From the IMG/VR virus record IMGVR_UViG_3300031787_000075, positions 1-64,000 of that record: a DNA stretch of 64,000 nt; one strand, written 5' to 3'. Position numbers and translations under genes: made by a program. The DNA comes from a virus. Below are positions 1 to 10,516 of the stretch, in pieces. The notes beneath the pieces were generated by a model, which was given only the letters and a program-made list of their open reading frames with translations, did not search any database and was not told the origin of the DNA. The first letter of the stretch is position 1; each line of letters opens with the position of its first letter.

Positions 1-804
1 CCTGTCTGCTTTGTTGTTTATAACCTCTTTCAGCTTTGGAACAGCATTGGCCATGGCAACATTGTCTGCTACTGCAGATAGTATTAATTGCGCCTTTTGA
101 TCTGGATTAGGTTCCTTGCCTTGAAATTCAGGTTCAGTATATACGGTTTTGTATTTTTCATTAAACTCCTCCAAGGTTTTTACTTTTGGTTCTAATGGAG
201 TTCCCTTTTTGTACCCACCTTTTGCATAAGCCTTGGCTTCTTCATCTGTTTTAAACTCTTTATACTCCCCTGTTTTCATAGCGTATTCAAACGCTTCATC
301 ATCGGAAAGTTCTTGTAAGCCCGGACCTTTTTGAATTATTGTTGGATAAGCAATATATTTTCCATCCACTTCGGCGCTTGCCATTTTGTGGGTTTTTGTT
401 TTTCCAGGATTTTCTTCATCAGGAAGAGCTGGTTGGTTAGGATTTTTAGCCCTAGTTTCAAATCCTTTTTCTTTATTTATACCGCCCGCCCAAGGCTGCG
501 TACCATCAATGATAGTGCCTGTGGATGTGAATGTTGATTTGGATTGGGGTTTTGGACCTGAACCAGTCTGCGGCTTTTGCCCAGATTGACCTTTTTTTTT
601 TAAGGTTTCGTGTTCGGTGTCGAAAAAGCTAAAAAAATCACTTCTAGCCCATTCGTACTCTTTGGCCAAATCCATATACAAGCTTTCCTTGTTTTTAGGG
701 TCCGAAAACGCTGCTCTAAAATCCTCTTCTGTTTTATACTTGTTGTATTGAGAAGATTTAAAGTCTTCAAAAAGGTCTTTTATTTTATCTTTATTCTCTG
801 GCAT
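1..804 (-). CDS. N-terminus of a large virion ejection/cargo protein (runs off window start; not in ORF track)
   Basis: ATG at 804, read by hand: MPENKDKIKDLFEDFKSSQYNKYKTEEDFRAAF...LKKKGQSGQKP...EVINNKADR, no stop before position 1; follows two other ejection-type genes. Confidence 0.75.
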   Translation of the reverse strand, partial: MPENKDKIKDLFEDFKSSQYNKYKTEEDFRAAFSDPKNKESLYMDLAKEYEWARSDFFSFFDTEHETLKKKGQSGQKPQTGSGPKPQSKSTFTSTGTIIDGTQPWAGGINKEKGFETRAKNPNQPALPDEENPGKTKTHKMASAEVDGKYIAYPTIIQKGPGLQELSDDEAFEYAMKTGEYKEFKTDEEAKAYAKGGYKKGTPLEPKVKTLEEFNEKYKTVYTEPEFQGKEPNPDQKAQLILSAVADNVAMANAVPKLKEVINNKADR

Positions 805-812
805 ATCAATTA

Positions 813-2480
813 TTATTTACTGCTTACTGGAGGCTTTCTTTTTGTTGGTTTGGTAGGTTGTTGCGCCTGCTTGTTTTGGTTTTGATAACTTGTATTAAAT
901 TGATTCATACCTGCAGAACTATAATACATAGATTGGTTTGCATGAGTTCTGTCGGTAGAATTGGTTAAATCGTATTGAACCTTAAAATCATTTCCATCTG
1001 CGTCTGTGAATATGGCTTGTAAATAAGGTATTGCTGTGGGGTCCGAAGGTGTTGAGGTTACACCGTTTTTGTCTTTAAACATAATAACAGGGGCGCTTTT
1101 AATGCTTCCTACAAATGTTTTATCTGAACCTGCGGGTTGATAATATCCTCCTCTCATTGTTAAAACATTTTGACCGTTAAATTGAAATGGAACTGCTTTC
1201 CCATCAGTTCCTAATTTAACCGGAGGAGAAGGCAATTCCAAAACATACCCTCCGTTACTTAATTTAACTGTTTTAACGCTTCCGCTATTATCTCCAAAAT
1301 TCAAAGCTTTGGCTATCTCTTGAAACTGCTCGTCTAAAGACATTGAAGAGGTTCTTATTTTTTCCAAAGTAGGAGTTATAGCCATGTTGTAAAAATCAGG
1401 CTCGGTTATTTTCTGATTATTTGCTCCTCCACCTCCAGGTGTTTGTTTTAAAATCTGCTGTTGGAAATAATTAGGTATTCTTGAAGGCTTTTCTTCTGTT
1501 GGATGGTAGTTTTTGAAGATTACTTTACCATACTCTCTTGATAATTTAGGTAAAATATCTTCTATTTTATCTGTTTTCTTTTTAGTTGCCATTAGATTGT
1601 CTATGGCAGCTTGCATATCAGGATTGTCTGAAATAAGTATCTTATTGCCATTTTTATCCTCAACTATTTCTAATTCAGATTTAACAGCTTTATCCATTTG
1701 TTTTCTAAACTTCTCTCCTTTTAAAGAGTTTCTTTCCCAAAAATCAGTAAACGTGCTTTCAAGTCTTTCAGGTTTTATGCCTTTTTTAATGTTCCAAAAC
1801 TTTTCCCCTCCAATAGTTTTTATGTCTTGATCCATCCAAGTATCTAACTTAACGCCTTGGCTTTTTATGTCCTCATTTATACTATAAGCTGCTTCGGGAA
1901 CAAATTTTCTCCAGTTCTGTACCCTCCATGGTATAACACCTCCTGCCTTTTTAATTTCTTCTTGTAATTCAGGAACATTGTATGGGTTTGCCAAAACCTC
2001 TTGGGCTTCGTCAACATTGTATATCCTACCATTAACCTCAACTTCTGTATCAAATTTGTTTGGGTCTTTTTTATAGGCATCTACATATTTTTGGTATTCG
2101 TCATATACTTGACTATCAGTTTTAGCCAACTCCTCTAATTGGTTGAATTTGTCTGCATATTCTTGCTTTAATATCTCCCTTTTGTAAGGGTCTTTTTCGT
2201 TTTGAATCTGCCTCATTACATCTCCAAATTGCTGCCTGTATTCTGAAATTTTAGGCATTATTTCTTGGAAATTAGTTTGTGACCACTTGCTTGTAACTGA
2301 ACCGGAGGTTAGTTTGGCCATGTCGGCAGTTTCTTTATCTCGCTTCTGCTTCTCATCCCTATCCTTTGCAAGTATTTGGTCTGCAATAGCTAGACCTGGG
2401 CCTCTACCAATTATTTGGGCCTCCCCAGTTCTTTCTATTCCCTTAAATACGCTACTTAAACCATCACCAGTATTTACCAT
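813..2480 (-). CDS. putative internal virion/ejection protein (555 aa)
   Basis: long helical hydrophilic ORF downstream of the tail genes, typical position of podovirus ejection proteins. Confidence 0.55.
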   Translation of the reverse strand: MVNTGDGLSSVFKGIERTGEAQIIGRGPGLAIADQILAKDRDEKQKRDKETADMAKLTSGSVTSKWSQTNFQEIMPKISEYRQQFGDVMRQIQNEKDPYKREILKQEYADKFNQLEELAKTDSQVYDEYQKYVDAYKKDPNKFDTEVEVNGRIYNVDEAQEVLANPYNVPELQEEIKKAGGVIPWRVQNWRKFVPEAAYSINEDIKSQGVKLDTWMDQDIKTIGGEKFWNIKKGIKPERLESTFTDFWERNSLKGEKFRKQMDKAVKSELEIVEDKNGNKILISDNPDMQAAIDNLMATKKKTDKIEDILPKLSREYGKVIFKNYHPTEEKPSRIPNYFQQQILKQTPGGGGANNQKITEPDFYNMAITPTLEKIRTSSMSLDEQFQEIAKALNFGDNSGSVKTVKLSNGGYVLELPSPPVKLGTDGKAVPFQFNGQNVLTMRGGYYQPAGSDKTFVGSIKSAPVIMFKDKNGVTSTPSDPTAIPYLQAIFTDADGNDFKVQYDLTNSTDRTHANQSMYYSSAGMNQFNTSYQNQNKQAQQPTKPTKRKPPVSSK

Positions 2481-2482
2481 TT

Positions 2483-3250
2483 TTAAAACCCTCCTAAAAA
2501 CATTAATTCCATTAATCTTCTTTGCTCCGGAGTGTCATAAGACTGCATTTCCATACCTCCCATTCTTTGGATATTGTTGTTTGGAAAGCTTTGTGGCAAA
2601 TCGTCAATTATGGGATTGCTATAAAAATCTTCGGTTGGTGCTGTAAACTTTACTAAATCCTTTGAAAAAGGAGTTGCCGAACCTTGTGTTCCCACATTGT
2701 TAGGCTGTTCTAGCAATCCAAACTTTGCCATAATGCCAAACATATCCTGCAATCCACCTGCAAGATTTTGTATTCCTGCTCCTTTTAGTGCTGATATTTG
2801 AGCAACCTTGCTCATGTAAGGATCTACTTCGTCAAACTTAAACTTCTTGTTTTCCCATTCAGCCATTCTAGCTTGTTCTTGCCTTAATTTGTCTTGGTTT
2901 GTAAGCCACATATTTCCGGCTTGAACTCCTAGTTCTGTCTCTTTGTCTAATTGATTTCCATACGCCCTAGATGCAGCGTTTATGGATGAAACAGGGCTAT
3001 CGCCAATTCTTTCCAAAGTATTTAATGTATTGGCAGTAACCCTATCTAATCTGCCCTCTATTTGGGATTGACCAGGCAGCCTTCCCAAAGTGGCCTGTGT
3101 TTCCATTCCCTCTAATGCAGCTTTCGCCGATTCAGGTATTTCGTATTCAGGTCTTGTAGGTGGTTTTTGAGTAAATCCACTAATCGTTTGCCCTAAACCT
3201 AGCGCGGTTTGTGGCAAAGTCGTTAGAAGAGTCATGGTCAATGGGTCCAT
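2483..3250 (-). CDS. putative small ejection (pilot-like) protein
   Basis: MDPLT... start, Gly/Ala-rich amphipathic ends and Gln-rich coiled-coil centre; synteny. Confidence 0.6.
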   Translation of the reverse strand: MDPLTMTLLTTLPQTALGLGQTISGFTQKPPTRPEYEIPESAKAALEGMETQATLGRLPGQSQIEGRLDRVTANTLNTLERIGDSPVSSINAASRAYGNQLDKETELGVQAGNMWLTNQDKLRQEQARMAEWENKKFKFDEVDPYMSKVAQISALKGAGIQNLAGGLQDMFGIMAKFGLLEQPNNVGTQGSATPFSKDLVKFTAPTEDFYSNPIIDDLPQSFPNNNIQRMGGMEMQSYDTPEQRRLMELMFLGGF

Positions 3251-3270
3251 TTATGAAGATTTTATTACTT

Positions 3271-4143
3271 TCAAAAGTAACAAATTTCTTCAACATATTT
3301 CCAAGAAGCAAATTCTCTGCTTAAATGATTGAAATCTAATCCTATTGGACTTTTAATCATGTAGTCGCCTTTGTAAAACATTTTGTCCTTATTTTCAGGC
3401 AGAACCCCGGCATTATGTAATATTTTAACCTCCTTTAATCTTTCTATTTTTGAGGTGCTAAATGTGAAATCTAATTCTTTTGAAACCGAAACAGATTTTC
3501 CATAAGCATACATATTCCATAGAGTTGCCCACATTTCTGCTGTCCAAGATTGAATAGGGTGTTTAATTCCTACCTGTGTTTTATGGCTTTGCATAACCCT
3601 TAGTAAAGTTAGGCTATCTGCCTCGACTTTTTCCCAAAACTCTTTTGGAGTATCATTTAAGAAATACTGGGCGCCAATAACATTGTTTTTATTAAACTCA
3701 ATGATGGCAGGATTTATATGGATGGAATTAGCCATATCCTCTAGTAAGCTTTCACCTTTGCTTTTTATGTATTCCACCCCTAAATATGCCCTACAATCGC
3801 TTCCATACCACTTACAAGTGCATAGCGTTTCTAGTTGTAATGGCTCTATTAAAACAATATCAGAATCATGATAAAAGAATTTTTGCCTTAAATATTGAGA
3901 GTGCTTTGCCATGCCTTGTGGTTTATACATAGCAACGTATGTCCTTGGTTCTATTTCATAACAAAATATTTTTATCGGCAGCCTTTTTTCTAACTCCAAA
4001 AGACCTTGTGTTTTTTCTTTTTGAATTAAAAATATGGCATGAATGTCTTTCGGGTCTATGCCTTTCCTTATAAAGTTTTTGGAATAGACCTCTACCTGCC
4101 AATGAAAGTATGGTGCATCAGGCTGTGAACTTACATATATCAT
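3271..4143 (-). CDS. GT-A fold glycosyltransferase resembling HPAT/peptidyl-serine galactosyltransferase (protein O-glycosyltransferase-like)
   Basis: motifs YFHWQ, YVAMYKP, YHDSD (DxD), WTAEMWA, ILHNAG; ATGA overlap with the poly-Thr gene. Confidence 0.65.
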   Translation of the reverse strand: MIYVSSQPDAPYFHWQVEVYSKNFIRKGIDPKDIHAIFLIQKEKTQGLLELEKRLPIKIFCYEIEPRTYVAMYKPQGMAKHSQYLRQKFFYHDSDIVLIEPLQLETLCTCKWYGSDCRAYLGVEYIKSKGESLLEDMANSIHINPAIIEFNKNNVIGAQYFLNDTPKEFWEKVEADSLTLLRVMQSHKTQVGIKHPIQSWTAEMWATLWNMYAYGKSVSVSKELDFTFSTSKIERLKEVKILHNAGVLPENKDKMFYKGDYMIKSPIGLDFNHLSREFASWKYVEEICYF

Positions 4144-5579
4144 GGAGCTGGAATTGTTACTTCATAAATACATGGACCCAAGAAGAATATAAACTTAACA
4201 GGCAACGTATAAGGGGCAGATGGTATGGTAAGTGATAGTAAATCAATGTTTGTGCCAACTAAAACTCCAAATTCATCGTAAACATAATCAAAAGGACCCA
4301 ATGGGCTTCCTGTAAATGTTATGTTTCCATCAAGGTCTTGCCCTACAATCTCGTTAGGAGGACACTCTGTTGTTGTCGTTGTTGTGGTAGTGGTGGTAGT
4401 TGTTGTGGTGGTTGTAGGCATTGTGACAACAACATCGTATTCACAGCCTCCAATAGTGAATGTCCATGTTCCTATTTCTAAAGAGAAGCTAAATGGCAAT
4501 GTTATGTTATTATAAACAACATTAGAAGGGCTTGTTATTGTAAATGGACCCGAAGGGCTTCCGTTAAATATTATGTACCCAGGGCCTATTATATAAGTTA
4601 TTTCGTTTGGTGCACAAGTTGTTGTAGTCGTAGTGGTTGTTGTGGTAGTAGTTGTTGTGCTAGTAGTAGTGGTGGTTGTCGTAGTGGTTGTGGTAGTTGT
4701 AGTAGTCGTTGTGGTTATACCTATTTCGACATTATAAACACAAGAGTCATACTCTCCTCCAAAAACAGTAAACTCCCATGTTCCTGCCACATCTCCAATC
4801 ACATCAAAAACTTCCGGCAATTGAACCTCTGAAAAGAATTGAACTAACAAAGGATCGGAAGGAGTAAATTTTACATTAAAAACATAGCTTTCAAAATCTT
4901 TTGCCTCAAAAAGAATAGAAGACTCTGTAATTATTGAACCAACGATAGGTATTACAGGGCAGGAGTTTATTGTTGTGGTGGTAGTTGTGGTTGTAGTGGT
5001 TGTAGCTGTTACCGCGCAAAAATAAGAACACTCTAATGTTTCAAAACCTATACCATCGCTGTTTTTAAGTAAATTAAACTTATATGTTCCTTGTTGTATT
5101 CCCAGTTCTAATGTTCCTGAACTCACAACAAAATTTCCTAAATCTTGTGGCTCACCCAATTCAGGATAGTAAATAACATTGTAGGTTCCGTTTTCAGAAA
5201 TATTGAATACTAGAACTGTTTCTTGAACTGTGTAAGATATGATTATTGTGGGGCAATTTCTAGGTGCGACTGCAGGAACTTGAACTACTTTGTCGCAATC
5301 GTCATTGCAATTATCTTTTACTACATCATAAACACTCATACCTAAAACATTCATTACATACAATTCGCCAATCAATATCCTTGTGCCATCTTCTTTTTGG
5401 CAATAAACAAATATTTGAGCATCGTTAAGGTAAATAGAGGTTATGACCGTTTTTACAAAACAAACTTCATAATAGTATTTACAATCAATATCAGTCGATA
5501 TGAAATCTCTTACCGCTTTTATCAGATACGCCTCCGGACCTGAATTAATGTCGTTTCTATAAAAAGTTTGTATTGGCAT
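4140..5579 (-). CDS. mucin-like virion protein: small Cys-containing beta domains separated by three poly-Thr tracts
   Basis: Thr tracts at 4971-5003, 4617-4715 and 4368-4415; directly downstream of the muzzle gene. Confidence 0.7.
   Translation of the reverse strand: MPIQTFYRNDINSGPEAYLIKAVRDFISTDIDCKYYYEVCFVKTVITSIYLNDAQIFVYCQKEDGTRILIGELYVMNVLGMSVYDVVKDNCNDDCDKVVQVPAVAPRNCPTIIISYTVQETVLVFNISENGTYNVIYYPELGEPQDLGNFVVSSGTLELGIQQGTYKFNLLKNSDGIGFETLECSYFCAVTATTTTTTTTTTTINSCPVIPIVGSIITESSILFEAKDFESYVFNVKFTPSDPLLVQFFSEVQLPEVFDVIGDVAGTWEFTVFGGEYDSCVYNVEIGITTTTTTTTTTTTTTTTTTSTTTTTTTTTTTTTTCAPNEITYIIGPGYIIFNGSPSGPFTITSPSNVVYNNITLPFSFSLEIGTWTFTIGGCEYDVVVTMPTTTTTTTTTTTTTTTTECPPNEIVGQDLDGNITFTGSPLGPFDYVYDEFGVLVGTNIDLLSLTIPSAPYTLPVKFIFFLGPCIYEVTIPAP
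4368..5003 (-). repeat. three ACN-codon (poly-Thr) tracts of 11, 33 (one Ser) and 16 codons
   Basis: NGT triplet runs on the plus strand with mixed synonymous codons. Confidence 0.95.
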
Positions 5580-5581
5580 TT

Positions 5582-8500
5582 TTAAGACCTTTCTGAACCT
5601 ACTACTTCCATTGAACTAGAGTACAATATTACTATTTCGTTTCCATTAAATTCTGTAATTGTATTGCAGGCATGACCACGCAAATCATCTCCGTTTATCA
5701 ATCCATTTCTTTTTTGGGCATCGTTTAAAGGAGTTCCAAATCTTAAATAGTTTTTGTTTGTGGCAGCATGATAAACGCCTTCTTTCATCCTGTATTGAGC
5801 GCCTTTTATTTCGCTTTCTTGTCCATTAGGATTTACTTCGGAAGGTGGTATGGATTGAAATGAAATCAATGGAACCCTATTGCTTCTTAAAGAATGAGCG
5901 TCAAAAACTTTAACCTTCTTTGGTTCTACATTTGTAACCACACCAGCTTTCATGGTTTTAGCCTGCCCTAAAAAATTTAAAAAATCATCTCCGCTATTCA
6001 TTATCCAAATATTACCTTGATAGAAAGCTACTCCTAATCCAACGCAATCTCCATAATTATCAATAGGGTTTATTCCAAAACAATGGTCGTAAAATCCATG
6101 CCAGTAACCTTTATCCGGACACCAAGCTATTGCATCGTAAAACTCTTCATTTTTGGTTATTAAAACGTAAAGTAATTTGTTTTCTTGATCCCAACCAGTA
6201 ATAACCTCCGAATCTGCTTCTCCTGATAATTGTTCTGAAACGTCTTGCCAAAACCTTATGGCCTTTCTTTTGGATATGTCTTCGCTTCCGTTTGGAGAAT
6301 TTCTAACAAAGCATCGGTTTAGCACGTCAAAAAAGTAAACACTTCTTTCGTTTACATAGACAGACTCCGGATGCTTGGTTCCGTAACTATCCTCTGAATA
6401 GTTTATTGAACCTATTAGCGAATCCGTAACAACAAGCTGTGTGCTTCCATCTGCGTTTTGAATTTGTCTTCTACCTATAAAGGCAGAACTGATATTGGAC
6501 CATTGCAGTATCTTCATGGTGTAACCAATAAGCCTCAACCCTGTTATTGCTCCATACTTTTGCTCCAGTATTCTGTAATCGCCTTCATAAAAAACATTAG
6601 TGTTATTTACGTTGGTGTTTTCAAATAGCTTTCCTGTCCACCTCAACATTGAAAATATGTTTTGACTTTTCATGTTAGGGGTTTCGGCCTGCACCCTTCC
6701 TTTGGAATAAAATTCAGACCTCCACCATTCAGATATGCTAAAACTTTCTATATGGTATTGTCCAGGCTTTGACGCATCTGAACCCATAGACCTCCATCTT
6801 TTGTAAATATTGCCTGCATAGGTTTCAAATCCTGAACCTAATCCATAAGACCTTGCTTCTGTTCCGGGGTCAATTATCTCTCCGTATTGAATACCTGAAT
6901 CATACTCATTCATTGGCAATTCAAAGTAAACCGGTTCAAATCCTGGCTGATAAACCTCAAATAAAGTATTGTCACCTATTTTTGAGGCAGGATACCCGAA
7001 ATCTGAAATGCTTATTACAGGATATCCGCTTCCATCTAATTTAACACTCAATATTTGAACATCTATGTATTGAGGCACAATTATTCTATTGGTATCATCC
7101 AAATCGTTGTCGTGTTGGGTTTGCGTTAAAAACCTTAACCTGTTTCCTGCCCATTCAGTGTATTCAAAATCAACCACTCCCTTTGAACCAAATCTTATAG
7201 AAGAAATTGTTGGGTTATTTCCTTCCACAAAAAACTTATAAGAAGCTACGGTTATTTCAATCACATTATCTACATAATGTATATTCGATAAAGTAAAAAA
7301 CGCGCATTTTTTTACGTTGCATTTATGGACTATTTTAAAATACTTTGCCCATATCGGAGGTTGTGTTGTTATGTTTATTTTGGCTCCGTACTTCTTAGGA
7401 ATGTATTCATAGGAATCTGATATTGGATACCTTTCTTGAACAAATGGTATGTATAACTCTCCTAAAACCTCTGTTGCGCCCTGCCTCATAAATTCATCAA
7501 AATGAACTATGGCAAATTTATGTGTGGCACCTTCTTTAAATGCTTGTTCAGGATTGTTTGTGCTATAAACATAAGAGTCGTTTATTTTATATCCTATCAA
7601 TGGATTTACTAATGTTCCATATAAATAGTTGCTTACAGAGTTCCAAAATATATCGGCTCCAACAATATTAGTTAAAGCAATAGAAAGATTTGTTCCAAAA
7701 GTATTTAACGAAGCTATGTCTGCAGATGTTAAAACATAAGACCAACTATAAGTTTCTGTGTCTGTCGGAGAAGAAACGATTGAATATGTTCCATAAACAA
7801 TATCTCCTACACTTCTGCTTGCCACAGAAGACACTATTGATATGAAATAAGGAGGTGTGGGGTCAATAACCACTAACTCTATTATTTTTTCAGGGTAAAA
7901 ATTAAAAACCAAGCTTTCTTCTATTTCTTCTATTTCAGCTTCCACTCCAATTGGATTGTAACCCTCGGTTATATCTCCATATAAAACTTGGTTTCCTGGA
8001 ACTATTTCTTGTTGGTTAGCTAATTGAGGTATGGCATAAAAATTTGTTTCGGCTTCGATATCGCTTAATGCGATCGTTTCTTCATCTCCGTAAAAATTAA
8101 CAGAATTTACTGGGGCATCTATTTCAGCAAACCTATACCAATTAGGATTTGTTTCTCCCGAACCTGCTCCATTTCCTTCCCTAACAAACCATTCAACCTT
8201 TTCAACGGTTTCATGTATTGGCGCTGTACTATAAACAGAAATGTAGTTGAAATCGTCTGAACCTGATATTGGTCTATCAAAATTTAAGTAAAAGCCTTCT
8301 TTTTTCCATAACAAACTTATTTCGCTAAATGGGCTTAAAGGGGAGTATTCTCCATCCTTGTACTTGTATCTTAGCGCGAATTGGTAATGGTTGTATGGCA
8401 GAAAGTTTGTCTTCCTATTAAAGTCTTTTTGAAAAGAAAGCATGGGGCTTCTTTGCGGCTGAATCTTGCCAACACTAATCCAAAACTTATCTATATCTAA

Positions 8501-9106
8501 GCTTCCACCTTCCTGCAATTTAAGGTAAACATCAACGGTATTAAGTCTTTTTGGAATATCTACCCCATCTGTCCAAAACAATAATTGAACTGGTATGTCA
8601 TTCCCAAAAACAGGATGCAATGGTTCTCTTTCCGGCCAATCAGAAATTACTTTTCCTGTTTCTACTATGAAAGGATTTTGAAACCTCTTTGTGAAATTTA
8701 ATACATCACCCCAATTTAATGGAGGTATTCCTGGGCTGTATAAAGACAATGCTTCGATAAAAGGAGTTAATCCTATTGGGCTTCTCCAATATCTATAAAT
8801 GGCATGATAGCCATTACTATTCATATTGAAAAATATTATAGCATTGTTTTTTATGTCTTTACACCATGCCACACACTTGTTACTGCCTATTGGCAATTGA
8901 AAGTTATTTGTAAATGATTGCGTAACCGCGTTCCAAAATCTAGTCACTTTGGTCCACGACTTTAAAGACTCTGCTGCACCTTTGTTTCTAGCACTAGAAG
9001 AGTTTGCTGTGGCATTTCTCAAATAAGAGTAAAAACCCGGCTCTATGTTTCTGAAATCGCTGTCCAGATCCAAACCATTTCTAAATAAACTTTCTTGTTC
9101 AGGCAT
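5582..9106 (-). CDS. tail nozzle/muzzle (stabilisation) protein, crAss-like
   Basis: 1174 aa beta-rich; GLDLDSD start, YQFALRYKYKDGEYSPLSPFS, LYGDITEGY, YGAIT, YG..HPES, YFFD, KEGVYHA, GDDLRG motifs. Confidence 0.85.
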   Translation of the reverse strand: MPEQESLFRNGLDLDSDFRNIEPGFYSYLRNATANSSSARNKGAAESLKSWTKVTRFWNAVTQSFTNNFQLPIGSNKCVAWCKDIKNNAIIFFNMNSNGYHAIYRYWRSPIGLTPFIEALSLYSPGIPPLNWGDVLNFTKRFQNPFIVETGKVISDWPEREPLHPVFGNDIPVQLLFWTDGVDIPKRLNTVDVYLKLQEGGSLDIDKFWISVGKIQPQRSPMLSFQKDFNRKTNFLPYNHYQFALRYKYKDGEYSPLSPFSEISLLWKKEGFYLNFDRPISGSDDFNYISVYSTAPIHETVEKVEWFVREGNGAGSGETNPNWYRFAEIDAPVNSVNFYGDEETIALSDIEAETNFYAIPQLANQQEIVPGNQVLYGDITEGYNPIGVEAEIEEIEESLVFNFYPEKIIELVVIDPTPPYFISIVSSVASRSVGDIVYGTYSIVSSPTDTETYSWSYVLTSADIASLNTFGTNLSIALTNIVGADIFWNSVSNYLYGTLVNPLIGYKINDSYVYSTNNPEQAFKEGATHKFAIVHFDEFMRQGATEVLGELYIPFVQERYPISDSYEYIPKKYGAKINITTQPPIWAKYFKIVHKCNVKKCAFFTLSNIHYVDNVIEITVASYKFFVEGNNPTISSIRFGSKGVVDFEYTEWAGNRLRFLTQTQHDNDLDDTNRIIVPQYIDVQILSVKLDGSGYPVISISDFGYPASKIGDNTLFEVYQPGFEPVYFELPMNEYDSGIQYGEIIDPGTEARSYGLGSGFETYAGNIYKRWRSMGSDASKPGQYHIESFSISEWWRSEFYSKGRVQAETPNMKSQNIFSMLRWTGKLFENTNVNNTNVFYEGDYRILEQKYGAITGLRLIGYTMKILQWSNISSAFIGRRQIQNADGSTQLVVTDSLIGSINYSEDSYGTKHPESVYVNERSVYFFDVLNRCFVRNSPNGSEDISKRKAIRFWQDVSEQLSGEADSEVITGWDQENKLLYVLITKNEEFYDAIAWCPDKGYWHGFYDHCFGINPIDNYGDCVGLGVAFYQGNIWIMNSGDDFLNFLGQAKTMKAGVVTNVEPKKVKVFDAHSLRSNRVPLISFQSIPPSEVNPNGQESEIKGAQYRMKEGVYHAATNKNYLRFGTPLNDAQKRNGLINGDDLRGHACNTITEFNGNEIVILYSSSMEVVGSERS

Positions 9107-9906
9107 TATCTTTTAATAGATTGTGAGGTGTTACTGTATTTTGTATCCAATATCTCTTGAATAGTAAACATATTCTTGTATGTGCGCATCAATTCTATTG
9201 CTCTATGATATTGGTCCATTTTTCTGTCTTTTTCGTTGGCAGGAACTCTAGGGTCGTTCTCTATCCTTTGCCAAGTCAAATAGGTTCTTATAGGCGAAAT
9301 CAATTCCTGCTCAATTATAGTATTTGGACTTACGCCTGTGCTTTGGTATTCTACAATGACTTCTCTACCTATCAATGCTGTTCCGGCTAACTGAAACCTT
9401 TTTGCTGTATCATCCCATCTGAATTGAGGATTTGTAAAACCTCCTCCTAATCCATACATGGCACTTACAATTTGTCCTTGCGGATTTGCATGCTCTGAAA
9501 AATAATAGCCATCTACTGGAGAGAATACGGATAATCCACCCCTAACTATATCGTCAACAGGGCTTCCGCACCTAGTTGCTCTATTTAGTATTATATCCTC
9601 GTTTACGGATAGTATGTATAGGAACCCTCCAATGTTAATGCCTATTTTTATGTACTTAAGGCAGTCTTTTGGCATTTCGATTATGCCGGAATCTCCTACC
9701 TTGGTGTAAAACACTTCCACATTTGCGGCATGGTAAAGTCTAATTTCTTCACTAACGCACTCTATGGCTATTTGCATTAACCTTTTGTACTCATTCGTGC
9801 TGTAATTGCCAACCCTATTTAGGGTGCTCATTACAACCTGCCTTAATGTTTTTCCTGCAGCTACATTAGCCGGTCTTATTACCTGATTGTTTTGTTCCCA
9901 ATTCAT
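9106..9906 (-). CDS. tail ring/adaptor protein (crAss-like)
   Basis: 266 aa, MPKDCLKYIKIG motif, immediately before the muzzle gene. Confidence 0.65.
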   Translation of the reverse strand: MNWEQNNQVIRPANVAAGKTLRQVVMSTLNRVGNYSTNEYKRLMQIAIECVSEEIRLYHAANVEVFYTKVGDSGIIEMPKDCLKYIKIGINIGGFLYILSVNEDIILNRATRCGSPVDDIVRGGLSVFSPVDGYYFSEHANPQGQIVSAMYGLGGGFTNPQFRWDDTAKRFQLAGTALIGREVIVEYQSTGVSPNTIIEQELISPIRTYLTWQRIENDPRVPANEKDRKMDQYHRAIELMRTYKNMFTIQEILDTKYSNTSQSIKR

Positions 9907-10514
9907 TATGGCATCTCCTTATTTTCGTTTAAATCATCGTTTGGCTTTTGATTTTGCCAGTATTGCATGGCAGATATGTAAAGCGCCTGTGTCGGAACCT
10001 TTATTTCGTCTTCCGGGCTTAATTGAGAAAAGTTAGGTATAATCTTGGCCAAAACTTTTGTTGGATGAAGATTGGATGGAAATTTTTGGTCAAAATATAT
10101 TCTGTCTATTTCCACCATAACTCCTATCGTATTGTCAATAGTGTTAACATCTAACTCGTTCCATATAGGTTCACTTACGGCATCTATGATAGCAAATAAA
10201 TAAGATTGGTTTTTAGGCAATGTAAATTGTCTTGCAAACCTTTCATCATCAACATGAAGGTCTATGTAATATTGCGCCCTGTCTTCATCATATAAAACGT
10301 CTTTCACATACGTTTTTATCATCGAATCTGAACCAGGCAGAATGTACTCTCCAAACTTATCTGCACCCTGTACTATTTGCTGTAAAATAGCATCATAACC
10401 TAGTTCAATACTTTTTTCAACCACTCTTGGGTGATATCTATTATTTGAAGCGATAGTTGAATTACCACCTGTTAACTTGTTCCTAATCAGCGATATTAAT
10501 TCGTTCTTTTTCAT
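9906..10514 (-). CDS. tail ring protein (crAss-like)
   Basis: synteny between ring genes; size and N-terminal helix pattern. Confidence 0.55.
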   Translation of the reverse strand: MKKNELISLIRNKLTGGNSTIASNNRYHPRVVEKSIELGYDAILQQIVQGADKFGEYILPGSDSMIKTYVKDVLYDEDRAQYYIDLHVDDERFARQFTLPKNQSYLFAIIDAVSEPIWNELDVNTIDNTIGVMVEIDRIYFDQKFPSNLHPTKVLAKIIPNFSQLSPEDEIKVPTQALYISAMQYWQNQKPNDDLNENKEMP

Positions 10515-10516
10515 GA

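Noticed and set aside
591-603. A10G run (LKKK) as a programmed frameshift site
   Set aside because: The zero frame stays open to the window edge and no stimulatory structure is evident
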